From an uncultured Gemmatimonadales bacterium (lineage in GTDB: Bacteria; Gemmatimonadota; Gemmatimonadetes; Gemmatimonadales; GWC2-71-9), in assembly GCA_963844035.1 (NCBI GenBank), contig CAWJMT010000004.1, positions 160,001 through 224,000 on the forward strand: a stretch of DNA of 64,000 bases, given 5' to 3'. The notes under the pieces are model-generated. The model was not told the origin of the DNA and did not search any database. It saw nothing but the letters and a program-made list of their open reading frames with translations. This document shows positions 24,201 to 34,937 of the stretch, piece by piece (positions within the stretch are counted from its first letter, which is position 1; each line of letters opens with the position of its first letter). Made by a program: the position numbers and the translations under genes.

Positions 24201-24322
24201 GGGGCAAAGCCGAACCCGGCGCTGAACCGCGGGACCGTGTCGTCCGCAGCTCGATCCTGCGCGTGGACCTGGGGTACGACGAGCAACAGGGCGAGAAAAC
24301 CGGCCAGGGTGGGTCGCCGCAT
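18235..24322 (-). CDS. sprA: T9SS outer-membrane translocon SprA homologue (~2000 aa; frameshift near 20010)
   Basis: Signal peptide; SprA-like blocks DFDSEREFDANNNIQVWYEGLEDEVVRRVEVGNV, FAQQKG, DYTIDYPSG, SEDLDGD, WRLYRIP, NERSL, LWIDDIRL; beta-strand-rich C-terminus. Confidence 0.85.
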
Positions 24323-24325
24323 CCC

Positions 24326-24354
24326 TTGTAGAGACGTGGAGGTGCGAATATAAT
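24326..24354 (+). promoter_or_regulatory. Sigma70-type promoter for lptF-lptG
   Basis: TTGTAG-N17-TATAAT; implies lptF starts at GTG 24368, not ATG 24353. Confidence 0.6.
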
Positions 24355-24367
24355 GGCGCGACCGACC

Positions 24368-25927
24368 GTGCGCATCCTCAGCCGCTACCTGTTGCGCCAG
24401 CACATCCCGCCGCTGGTGTTCGCGCTCGCCGCGCTCACGAGTTTTCTGCTGATTCAGCAAATCGCGAAGCAGCTCGGAAACCTGGTTGGCAAGGGTCTCC
24501 CCCCCGGCATCATCATTCAAGTGTTCGCGCTGTCGATTCCGTTCATCGTCGCCACCACGCTCCCCATGGCCGTGCTGGTGGCCGTCCTGTATGCGTTCAC
24601 CAACCTCGCGGCCGGCAACGAAATCACGGCCATGAAGGCCGGCGGCGTCAGTGTCGGGAAGTTACTCGCGCCTGTGCTGGGTGGCGCGACCTTCGTGGCC
24701 TGCATCGCGTTCGTGTGGAACGACCAGGTCCTGCCCCGCTCGAATCATTCGCTTCGCGTGCTGCTGATGGACATCCAGCGCAAGAAGCCCTCGTTCACCC
24801 TGAGGGAGCAGATCATCAACGAGGTGGTCGGGGGCCAGTTCTTCCTGCGCGCCGCGCGCATCGATCCCGCGACCGATAAACTGAAGGACGTGACGATTTA
24901 CGACCTGGAGGATGCCGAGCGCCGCCGCATCATCAGCGCCGACAGCGGGCAGATTGCGTACACCCCCGGCGGCAAGGACCTGTACCTGACGCTGCGCGAC
25001 GGCGACATCCGGCAGGTCGATCGCACCGACCCGACCCACTTCAATCGCACATTTTACCGCGCGAATCGGATCCGCGTCGCCGGCATCGGTAACACGCTGG
25101 AACGCACCGAGCGTGACACGTACCGGTCCGATCGTGAGATGAGCGTGTGCGAGATGCAGACGGTCGTACGGGAGACGTCGCGACGATGTGAGGCACGCCA
25201 GGCGCGAGCTGACGCGCACGGTCCGCAACGATCTGCGGCGCCTCGCCGGGCTCTCGCCCCTGGAGATCCCGCCCGATCCAGGCGGGCGATGCGACGCCGC
25301 CCGGCGTATACTGCCGTCTGTTGCCCCACCTGACCCGCTGGCTCACGCCCGACTCCGCGCAGGCGCAGACGCCCGCGCGGCGCCCGTCACCACGGCACCA
25401 GGCACAGCAGCGCGCGTCACCACGGCACACGACACCGCGCCCCCGTCGCCGCAGGCGTCCACAGCGGTCACCGACACGCCGCCCGCTTTTCCGCGGGTAC
25501 GCCCGGACATGATCACCTCGGGTGTCGTCGACCAGCGCGCGGGCCCGGATCGAGGTGGCGCAGGACCGGCGCGCGATGTACGAGATCGAAATCCACAAGA
25601 AGCTCGCGTTGGCCGTGGCCTGCATCGTGTTCGCTCTGCTCGGCGTGCCCATCGCGATCCACTTTCCCCGCGGCGGGATCGGGCTCGTGATCGGGATGAG
25701 CCTGGGCGTGTTCACGGTCTACTATGTCGGGTTGATCGGCGGGGAGGAGCTGGGCAATCGCCGCGTGGTGCCGCCGGTGCTCGCCATGTGGAGCGCGAAC
25801 GTCCTGTTCACGATGGTCGGCCTGGCGGCGCTCGCGCTGACACGGCGTCCCGCTCACAGCATCGCGGGGCTGAGGTGGAGCGACCTGCTCGACGTGTGCT
25901 GCGCCCATACGCCGGCGCCGCCGATGA
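24368..25927 (+). CDS. lptF: LptF/LptG family permease (LptF-like), several frameshifts
   Basis: MRILSRYLLRQ, LPMAVLVAVLYAF..L...NEITAMKAGGVS, YEIEIHKKLALAVAC. Confidence 0.85.
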
Positions 25928-27017
25928 AGACGCTCGACCGCTACGTATTGCGCGAGTGGGTCAAGATCCTGGTGCTGGCGGAGGTGGGGTTCCCGCTGGT
26001 CGTGATCATCATCGATCTGACCGACAAGCTGGGACAGTATCTGAGCCGCGGGGTGGCGAAAGCAGGCGCTCGCCCTGTCCTACGTGTACTACCTGCCCGA
26101 AGTCATGTTCCTGGTGCTGCCCGCGGCCGTGTTGTTCGCCACCGTCTTCACCATCAGCCCCATGGGCCGGCACTCGGAGATCACGGCGGCGAAGGCGTCG
26201 GGGGTGTCGTTCTTCCGGCTGGCGCGACCCGTGTTCGCGGCCGCGGGCGCAGCGGTCGCACTGGGCATCCTGCTCGGGGAGATGGCCCCCGTCGGCACAC
26301 TCCGCCGGGCCGAGCTGCTGGGCAATCGGCCGGTGCACTCGACGGCCACGCGGTCGAATTTCGTGTACCGCGCGGACGGCGGCTGGGTGTATGCCATACG
26401 GGCGCTCGATATCGGGTCGGGTCTGATGCAGGACCTGATCATGGAGCAAGAAGGAAGCGGACCCGAATTCCCCACCATCGACGTGGCCGCGTCGCGCGCC
26501 ACGTACGACACCAGCAAGAAAGCCCGACGGTCGCGGCGGCTGGACGCTGCGGGGTGGCGCGGTGCGCTACCTGCTCGGGCCGACGCGGGAAGTGGCGTTC
26601 ACCTTCGATTCGCTGCGGATTCGCGCGCTCAAGGAGCAGCCCGTCGATCTGCTCGCCGAACCCAAGGCTCCGGACGAGATGCGCTACGCCGAGCTGGGGC
26701 GTTACGTCGACGCGCTGGGCCGCACCGGGTCCGATACCAAGAAGCTGCGGGTCGAGCGCGCGCTCAAGCTCGCGGTCCCATTCACCTGCATCGTGGTGGC
26801 GCTGTTCGGGGCACCGCTGTCCATCGCCGGCCCCCGCTCCGGGACCGCCTGGGGCGTCGCGGTCGGGCTCGGCACCACCCTGGTGTTTCTCGTGCTGGTG
26901 CAGCTCACCAAGGCCATCGGCGCGGGAGGGGTGCTGCCGCCGCTGGTCGCGGCGTGGCTACCGAATGTCATGTTTGGGAGTGCCGCGCTTTGGCTCCTGA
27001 AAAAAACGCGCACGTAA
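25924..27017 (+). CDS. lptG: LptF/LptG family permease (LptG-like), frameshifts near 26065 and 26560
   Basis: MKTLDRYVLRE, HSEITAAKASGVS, PDEM...ELGRYV, AAWLPNVMF. Confidence 0.85.
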
Positions 27018-27044
27018 CCCGGGGCGTTACGCCCCGGGCTCACG
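27014..27044. terminator. Palindromic hairpin between convergent genes (REP-like or bidirectional terminator)
   Basis: GTAA-CCCGGGGCG-TTA-CGCCCCGGG-CTCAC. Confidence 0.55.
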
Positions 27045-28402
27045 CCTGGGGCGATGCCCCCATCGCCGCCACAGGTAGTAGACGGGAACCCCGCTCAACA
27101 CCACCGCCACATCGAGTCCGAACAGCAGCGGCTCGGAGACGAGATAGTTGCCGAGCAGGAACAGCGACCCGATGAGAAACAGGATGGGGACCCACGGGTA
27201 GCCCCACGTCGAGTACGGGCGCACCAGCCCCGGGCGGCGCCGCAGCACGAACACCGCGGCGAGGGCCAGCGCATAGAACGGCCAGATCCCGATGATGAAC
27301 TGGTCGGCGAGCTCGGTGAAGGTCCGCACCAACACGAACACGACGCCCAGCACGGCCGCGAGCAGCACCGCGTTCCCAGGCGCGCCGGTCCGCGGGTCCA
27401 CGCGCGAGATCGCGCGCGGGAACAGAGCCGTCCTCGGACATCGCAAAGAAAATCCGCGGCGCGGTCATCATGGCGCCGTTGAGCGTGCCGAAGGTGCTCA
27501 CCGCCACCGCGGCGGAGATCGCCACAGCGCCGGCCGGCCCGACGAGCAGGTTCGCGGCATCGGCGGCGACGAGCTCGGCGTGTTTCATCTGCTCGATCGG
27601 GAAGAGGTGCAGGTACACCAGGTTCGCGCTCAGGTACAGCACGACCACCGCCCCCGTGCCGAGCAGCAGCGCCAGCGGCAGGTTCCGCTCCGGGTTGCGG
27701 ACCTCGCCGCCGACGAACGCCAGATCGGCCCAGCCGTCGTATGCCCACAGAATCGCCACCATCGCGACCAGGAACGGCGACAGTCCCACGGCGGCGCGCT
27801 GCGAGAACATGCCCCCCGCAGCGCCCGTATCGCCCCCGAGCGCGAAGCCCAGCGCTATGAGCAGGGCGAGCGCCGCGACCTTGAAGACCGTGCTGAGGTT
27901 CTGCAGCAGCGCGCCGCGCTGGATCCCGAAATAGTTCACGGCGGCCACGACAGCGACGTATGCCGCCCCGAGCAGCTGCTCGGCGCGCACGGGGAGCCCG
28001 CCCACGGGGGCCGCCGGATCGAGGCCGAGCACCCGCAGCGTGTAGGCGGAAGAAGTGATTGAAATGGCGCCGTAAGCGCCGGGCCGGAGGATGAGCAGCT
28101 CCGCCCAGCCGAACAGAAACGCGGGGAGCCGGCCGAACCCTTCACGAATGAAGACGTAGATCCCGCCGGAGCGGGGGAACAGCGCAGCCAGCTCGGCGTA
28201 GGTGAGCGCACCAGCCAGCGCGACGGCCGCCGCCTGCCACCCAGCCCAGCAGGAACAACGGCACGTCGTCGACGCGCTGGGCGATGGACGCCGGGGTGCG
28301 GAAGATGCCGCTGCCGATGGTCGAGCCGATCACGACGGCGACGGCGCTCCACAACCCGAGCCGCCGCGGCAGCCGGTCGCCCCAGCGGTCCGGTACAGTC
28401 AT
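27040..28402 (-). CDS. APC-family amino acid permease (LAT/SteT-like), frameshifted; 3' end approximate
   Basis: IGSTIGSGIFRTP, LWAYDGW, EVRNPERNLP, RPYSTWGYP. Confidence 0.88.
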
Positions 28403-28431
28403 AGGGTGCCCGAATATACATTTCCCGACCT

Positions 28432-29299
28432 ATGACGCGACGCTTTACTCAACTTGCCTGGGCCGCCGCGACGGCCACCTATCTCCTCATCATCCTCGGC
28501 GCCATCGTGCGCATCACCGGCTCGGGGATGGGGTGCGGCGACCACTGGCCGCTCTGCAACGGCAGCCTGCTGCCACCGCTCGACCTCCCGACCATGATCG
28601 AGTACGGCCACCGGCTCGCGGCGGCGGCGGTGAGCGTGCTGGTGGTCGCGCTGGCGATCTTGGCCTGGTGGGCGAGGAGAGGAGTCTCCGGAATCCCCGC
28701 CCTCACGGGCGGGGCCATCATGCCCAGGGTCAGTCAGCGCGCGGCGATGGTGAGCTACGGCGCGGTCGTGTTATTGGTGATTCAGATCCTGCTGGGTGCG
28801 ATCACGGTGAAGCTCGAGCTGCCGGCGTGGACGATCATCCTGCACCTCGGGACGGCGATGCTGCTGCTCGCGGCGCTGCTGGTGGCAGCGCGCTCGACCC
28901 CGCTAGCCCCACCCTCACGGGTGGGGCCATCGCGCGCGACGCTCGGGGCCGCGGTGCTCGGGTTGGCGACGGTGCTGATGGGCGCCCTCACCGCCAACAT
29001 GGCCGCGGCAACGGCGTGCCAGGGGTTCCCGCTCTGTAACGGCTCGTTCATGCCCACGAGTGGGCTGCAGCACATCCACTGGACGCACCGGCTGCTCGCG
29101 TACGCGCTGTTTGCTTATGTGATATGGTGGGCTGTGCGCTCGCGGGTCGCGTGGTGCGTGGTACGTGGTTGGGCTCGTGACGCTCCAAGTCGTGGTCGCC
29201 GCGGCGATGGTGCTGCTCGCGCTGCCCCCCGCGCTCCAGGCGGCGCACGTCGCCGTCGGAGCGGCGGTATGGGCGGCCCTCGTGCTCGCGGCGTTGTGA
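28432..29299 (+). CDS. ctaA: Heme A synthase (COX15/CtaA), frameshift near 29170
   Basis: GSGMGCGDHWPLCNG, IEYGHR, second C...PLCNG, HWTHR. Confidence 0.88.
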
Positions 29300-31042
29300 G
29301 CGTTCCCTCGCCGCGCGCGGTCGCGTGGCTGTGGCCGCGGGTGCGGCCGTATCGCTGGAAACTGGCGCTGGCGCTCGTGTGTCTGGTCGCGAGCGCGGCG
29401 GTCGGCCTCGCGTTCCCGCAGATCGTGCGACACCTGCTCGACGCCGCGTTCGTCCGTCACGACCGGGGCATGCTCGACCGGATCGCCCTGTTCTTGACGG
29501 GTCTGTTCACCCTCCAGGCGCTTTCCAACTTCGCGCAGACCTACCTGCTCACGGCCACGGGCGAGCGGGTGGTGGCGAAGCTGCGCGAGGACCTGTTCAC
29601 CCACCTGGTGCACCTGTCGCCCGCGTTCTTCGCCGAGCGGCGCACCGGGGAGCTGGTCTCCCGACTCTCGGCCGACGTCGGCGCGATCCAGAGTCTCGTC
29701 AGCTCGCAAATCTCCGAGTTCGCGCGCCAGACGCTCTACCTGGCGGGCGGGATCACGCTGCTCACGATCACCAACCCGCACCTGATGGCCACGACGCTGG
29801 TCGTGGTGCCGTTCGTCGTGGGATCGGGGTGGTTCTTCGGCCGGCGGCTGCGGCGCGCCAGCACGCGAGTGCAGGACAGCGTGGCCAACGCGACCGCGGT
29901 GGCGGAGGAAGCGTTCAGCGAGATCCGCATCGTGCAGAGCTTTGCCCAGGAGACGTGGGAAGCGGCGCGCTACGGGGCAAGCATGGCGGAGGTGGTGCGG
30001 ATCGCGGTGCGCCGCGCCGCGACGCGCGGTGCGTTCTTCGCCATCATCATGTTCGTCACCTTCGGCGGCACGGTGGCGGTGCTGTGGGAAGGCGGGCGTC
30101 TGGTGCTCGCCGGAGTGGTGACCGCCGGCACCCTCGTGTCGTTCCTGCTCTACACGGTGTTCATCGGGGCCGCGGTCGCCGCCCTCGTCAGCCTGTTCTC
30201 GAGCTACCAGGAAACGGTGGGCGCTGCGCGGCGCGTGTTCGAGCTGCTCGAGACGCCGCCCACGGTCGCGGATCCCCCTGCTCCCCGAGCGCTGGCGCGC
30301 GCCGGTGCGCGGCCTCGTGGCGCTCGAGCATGTCTCCTTCCGCTACAAGCCCGACCTGCCGCTCGCGGTGGACGACGTCTCGCTCCGCATCGCACCGGGA
30401 GAAGTCGTCGCGCTGGTCGGCCCGTCGGGCGCGGGGAAGACGACGCTCGCGAATCTGCTGCCGCGCTTCTGGGACGTGACGGCGGGGTGCATTACGCTCG
30501 ACGGGAACGACATCCGTACGCTGCGCCTCGCGGAGCTGCGCGGCGCGATCGGCATCGTACCGCAGGAGCCGACGCTGTTCAGCGGCACCGTGACGGAGAA
30601 CATCGCGTACGGCCGCACGGGGGCCACGGAGGCCGAGATCGTCGCCGCGGCGCGGGCGGCGCACGCGCACGAGTTCGTCGAGCGGTTACCGCAGGGCTAT
30701 GCGACGCTCGTGGGGCAGCGGGGCGTGAAGCTCTCGGGAGGCCAGCGCCAGCGCGTGGCGATCGCGCGCGCGTTGTTGAAGGATCCTTCGGTGTTGATCC
30801 TCGACGAAGCGACCTCGAGCCTGGACGCCGAGAGCGAAGGGTTGATCGAGGAAGCGCTGGAGCGGCTGCTCAAGGGGCGCAGCACGCTGATCATCGCGCA
30901 CCGCCTGTCCACGGTGCGCCGCGCGAATCGGCTCGTGGTGCTCGATCGTGGTCGGGTCGTGGAGGAAGGCAGCCACGTGGACCTGCTGGCGCTGAACGGG
31001 CTGTACGCGCGGCTGTATCAGCGGCAGTTCAAGGACGACTAA
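29296..31042 (+). CDS. ABC exporter, fused TMD+NBD (MsbA-like), frameshift near 30305
   Basis: TGELVSRLSAD, GPSGAGKTT, LSGGQRQR, LILDEATSSLD, IAHRLST. Confidence 0.92.
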
Positions 31043-31722
31043 GGCCCGTCCGGCAGTCGCGACGTCCAGTGCCCCTTGCTGTCCACCTCGACGGTGTCCG
31101 CGGGTCCTGCGGTCAGGCCGAGGTTTCGCTCAAATGCGATGCTGCGATTGGACACCCATCGTACCCCGTGGGGATTCCACCGTCTCGACCCCACGCTCCA
31201 TTCACGCCGCAGCGTATCGCCCTCGGCGATCCACACCACCAGCCCCGAGCTGTCGTTCACGGTGGAAAATGGGGTGATCAGACGACGGCCGTCCGGCGAC
31301 GGAATCGGGATATCACTCACGGTCTTGCTCCATCCCCGAACCTCGTTGAGCAGGCCGATGGCGCTGCGTTCGTAGTACTGCACGAACAGCACGTAGTACC
31401 CGATCGGCTCGAGGATCCCGAGATAGTAGAACGCGACCCGCTCGGCGCCGCGGGAGATCGGCTCGAACTTCCGATAGGTGCCGCCCTGCAGCCGCAGCTC
31501 GAGTTGGCCTCCATCCCGTTTTACCCGGTTCCCGCTCAGCGCGATCTGTCGCGGCTCGAGGACCCGCGCACATTCCTCGGAGTTGAAAATCTCCTTGCAT
31601 GGCCCCTCCTCGCCCGGAGCGACCGGCACCGGCACCTGTGCCGACACGCCGCTTACCAACTGCACCAAGGAGAGGAAGAGGACGAAACCGGGGGTGCAGC
31701 TAGAAATCCAACGCATCCGCAT
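31039..31722 (-). CDS. Secreted hypothetical protein
   Basis: Signal-peptide-like N-terminus (FVLFLSLVQLVSGVSAQ), PSPDG beta-propeller-like motif; overlaps the stop of the upstream GWxTD gene. Confidence 0.55.
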   Translation of the reverse strand: MRMRWISSCTPGFVLFLSLVQLVSGVSAQVPVPVAPGEEGPCKEIFNSEECARVLEPRQIALSGNRVKRDGGQLELRLQGGTYRKFEPISRGAERVAFYYLGILEPIGYYVLFVQYYERSAIGLLNEVRGWSKTVSDIPIPSPDGRRLITPFSTVNDSSGLVVWIAEGDTLRREWSVGSRRWNPHGVRWVSNRSIAFERNLGLTAGPADTVEVDSKGHWTSRLPDGP

Positions 31723-32308
31723 ACGCGTCGTTCCCCAGCAGCTGGCGCCAGTTGGCCCGGCTTGGCTCTCTGGGATCGTTCGAATAGACCAGGACGTAGT
31801 TGCCGAACCCCGTGATATCGACAAAGCAGTACTTCCGGGGCCGCTTGTCCCCCTGCGTGTACTTCCAAACGGTGAAGGGGAGGTTGAGCCCCAGACCACG
31901 GCGGGTCAGGGTGATATCGGGGGGGCCGTACTCGAGGTAGATGCGCCCGCGGTCGGTGCGCCACCCCGGGACGTCGCCGGCGCCACCCTCGGAGAATTTC
32001 TTGTTGACCGCTCCGATGCGCGCCGTGTACTGCTCCAGCGCCTCGTTCTTGGGTGTGTTGGGGGTAGGGTCCCGCCGCGCCCAGAAGCGCCGCAGGTATT
32101 CCCGCTTTTCGGGCTCGGTCAGGCTCGGGTAGGTCCCCTGCTCGTCTTCAAACATGAGATAGACGACCGGCCCGTACAGGCTATCGAGCTGGATCTCCGA
32201 CGCGGTCTCGAAGCGATCGCGCGCGCGCGCGGCGTTCGCCTGCGCCCAAGCGGCAGGCGCGGCAACGACCAGGGTCAAGAAAGCGAGGGTAAGGCGACGG
32301 ACAATCAC
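31700..32308 (-). CDS. GWxTD domain protein (single domain, signal peptide)
   Basis: FWARRDPTPNTPKNE, GWRTDRGRIYLEYGPPD, VWKY. Confidence 0.88.
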   Translation of the reverse strand: MIVRRLTLAFLTLVVAAPAAWAQANAARARDRFETASEIQLDSLYGPVVYLMFEDEQGTYPSLTEPEKREYLRRFWARRDPTPNTPKNEALEQYTARIGAVNKKFSEGGAGDVPGWRTDRGRIYLEYGPPDITLTRRGLGLNLPFTVWKYTQGDKRPRKYCFVDITGFGNYVLVYSNDPREPSRANWRQLLGNDAYADALDF

Positions 32309-32374
32309 CAGCTAGAGACCCCAGGCAAGGAGGGAGGTTCCCAAAACACGCCGCGCCCGCTGCAGGAACACTGA

Positions 32375-32399
32375 GCCCCGGAGCAGGTTCCTCCGGGGC
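32375..32399. terminator. Hairpin between the lipoprotein and the second GWxTD gene
   Basis: GCCCCGGAG-N7-CTCCGGGGC. Confidence 0.45.
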
Positions 32400-32427
32400 C
32401 AGGGCTCAACGCGGCCTCCCGCCGGAA

Positions 32428-33524
32428 TCAGGGCCGCGAGATCGTCGTTATGTAGTTCTTTGAGGTCGCACCAGCGTAGTTTTCGATCACGAAATAGTGC
32501 GTTCCCGCCGTGTACTTATGGTTCGCGGTCGCCTGCGGCTTGGCGCCGGTCGCGCCGCCGCCGCCGTCTTCGAAACACGCTGCTCCAAAGTTGGCGAGGG
32601 TGCTGTCGGAGCAGGCATAGATGTCGATGTCGGCAGCGGTGGGCAGCGTCCCTTCCCAGTCCGTGGTGAACTTGTACGTCGCGGTGTCCGCCAGCGTGAA
32701 CTTATACATCATGCATGGGCCGCTCGACCCAAATGCAAGCACGCCCTCCGGGCACACGGCCACATTGGCCGGCCCGGCCGTGGAGACCATGATCGCGCTC
32801 TTCCCCGCCGCGGGCAGCAGCGTCGTGATGTCCGGAGCGGTCTGCCACGACGCGTCGCCTGCCCACCGGTTACCCGTTTGGGTCACCGACACACTGGAGG
32901 GCAATGTCGACCTCGAGCCCCGGAATGAACGTCGTCACGACTCCCGCGATCGTCAGGGCACCGGGATCGGAGAATGGCGTGAGGACCTTGATGGAATCCG
33001 CGTTCACAAAGACGATGGTGCCCGGCACGTCCCCCCCGAAGGTGACGGTGACGCTGTGCCGGGTCGAACTTGAGCAGCGGGGTTGCGGAAATCTTCAGGG
33101 TGTCACCGCCCGCCGGGGTCGCACTGGACAGCGCGCCGTTGAACACGACCGGCACCACGTTCACGGTGACCGTACCCGTGAGTCCGCTGCCCGTCACCGT
33201 CAGCGTCGTCTGCCCCGGGGTCACCCCGGTGGCGATGAACGCTTGCGTAGCCCCATCCGGGAAATGCCGCGCCGTGTCCACTTCCACCGTGGCGACGGCG
33301 CTGTTGCCGGAGGTCGCGGTGATCGTGACGGGCACCGGGTTCAGCTGGTCGTCACGGGCCACGACCACGACCGCCACGGTCGCCGCCGGGTCGAGGAAGG
33401 CCACCGTCGGCGTGATCGAGAGAATAGTCGGTCCCGTCCGGAGCTCACTCGTCGGATCACTCGCGCACGCCAGGGTCGCCAACGCGAACGCCGCGCAGAC
33501 TGCTCGCTTGTGCTGTCGCCTCAT
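32428..33524 (-). CDS. Lipoprotein with Ig-like domains (frameshifts near 33058 and 32905)
   Basis: RBS GGAGAG, lipobox TLAC, Big_2-like SGNSAVATV...ATGVTPGQTTLTVT, beta-rich C-terminus with a Cys pair. Confidence 0.7.
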
Positions 33525-33557
33525 GGTCGCTCTCCACGCCGTTGTGGTGATCCGCAT

Positions 33558-34931
33558 CTAGAAGGTCGATATGTCATGGACCGCGTCGGAACTCAACGTG
33601 CGAGCCCAATCCCCCGGGGTGCGTTCCAACCGGTCGTTGGAATAGATCAGCGAGTAGTGCCCCAAACGGGTCCGGTCGAGGAACACGAACTTGAGACTGC
33701 GTTCCCGCGTGTATTTCCAGGCCTCCCACGGGAAATCCGCCGCGCTCTGCGGCATCCGGCGGACGTCGTCGGGCTCGCCGTAGCGGATCAAGACCCGCCC
33801 CCGATCGGTCCGCCATCCCGGCACCTCCGCCCCGCCCCCTTCGCGGAACCGCCGGTCGGCCTGTTTGATCCGTTCGTAGAACCCGACCTGGGTCTCGTTC
33901 TCCGGTGTCCCCGGGCTCGGGTCGCGGCGGCGCCAGAATTCGCGCAGGAACCTCAACTTGCCTGGCACCGTGAGCCCCGGGTACACCTGCATCTCATTCC
34001 CCTCCGCAATGTAGACGAGCGGGGCGAATAGCGAATCGAGGCGCGCCTCTGTCGCGTCGCTGAACATGTCAGGCGGCGGCCCTTCGCCCGAAGTTGCTGC
34101 GGCGACGAGCCGCCCGGTTTCGAACCCGGTCATGCGGAACGTGGCCAGCCGTGTCACCGTGTCCCCGCCCGCACCGATCGCGAGCCCCAGCGAGTACGTC
34201 CCGGGCGGCAATCCTGACAGGTCGATCGAGGCGGCGATCCGGCCGCCGCCCGCGCTGACAGCCGAACCGGTAGCGGGCGTCGCCACGACCAGGCGGCCAT
34301 CGGCCCCGATCACGCGTAACAGCCAGGGCACGGTTCCCGCGCTGTCGCGGTACACCTCGCAGTAGTACCACAGCACGGCCCGGTCGGGCGTGAGGGCCAG
34401 GTCGGGCGCACTCGCGATGAACAGGTTGCCCTTGCGCACCTCTGCCGGGCCCGCGGTTGTGTCCGCCCCGTTCGCGGGCCGGATCCCGTAGGCCAGCAAC
34501 AGATCCGACGCTCCCGGCCGCCCGCCGAAGCCCGTGACCGGCAGGTCCACCGTGTCCCGCGCGCCCGAGGCTGAATCCTCCACGGCGATCTGCACGTCGT
34601 ACCGCCCCGGCGCGACGGCGAAGGCGAACGGCTCGACGCTTTCCGCACCCGGCGTCCCGGTTTCCTGCAGCGGCACACGCCGGGTCCACGCATCGCGCAC
34701 CAGGGTCGTCCCGCGTTCATCGGTAACGCGCAACTCGATCCGGTACGCGGCGAACCCGCCGAGACCGCGCGTCACGCTGTTCAACATCCGGTGCGGCACT
34801 CGTACGAAGCCGTTGACCAGCGTCCGGTCGCCCCGGAAGAACCGGGTGACTTCACCCACCACTCGGGCCTGTGGTGCCGGCTGTTGCGGCGAGCCGGCCA
34901 GGACGGCGCTCAACAGCATCCAGAAGAGCAA
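33558..34931 (-). CDS. GWxTD domain protein with N-terminal beta-sandwich domains
   Basis: Signal peptide, PGRYDVQIAVED and PPGTYSL Ig-like motifs, FWRRRDPSPGTPENE, GWRTDRGRVLIRYGEPD. Confidence 0.9.
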   Translation of the reverse strand: MLFWMLLSAVLAGSPQQPAPQARVVGEVTRFFRGDRTLVNGFVRVPHRMLNSVTRGLGGFAAYRIELRVTDERGTTLVRDAWTRRVPLQETGTPGAESVEPFAFAVAPGRYDVQIAVEDSASGARDTVDLPVTGFGGRPGASDLLLAYGIRPANGADTTAGPAEVRKGNLFIASAPDLALTPDRAVLWYYCEVYRDSAGTVPWLLRVIGADGRLVVATPATGSAVSAGGGRIAASIDLSGLPPGTYSLGLAIGAGGDTVTRLATFRMTGFETGRLVAAATSGEGPPPDMFSDATEARLDSLFAPLVYIAEGNEMQVYPGLTVPGKLRFLREFWRRRDPSPGTPENETQVGFYERIKQADRRFREGGGAEVPGWRTDRGRVLIRYGEPDDVRRMPQSAADFPWEAWKYTRERSLKFVFLDRTRLGHYSLIYSNDRLERTPGDWARTLSSDAVHDISTF

Positions 34932-34937
34932 GCGACC

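Noticed and set aside
17342..24520. 2392-aa SprA-peptidase fusion ORF
   Set aside because: Artefact of the frameshift near 20010; the SprA C-terminus is in ORF 18235..20010 and the peptidase has its own lipoprotein signal
28432..31815. 1127-aa CtaA-ABC transporter fusion ORF
   Set aside because: Produced by indels near 29170 and 30305; a GTGA overlap at 29296-29299 marks two separate genes
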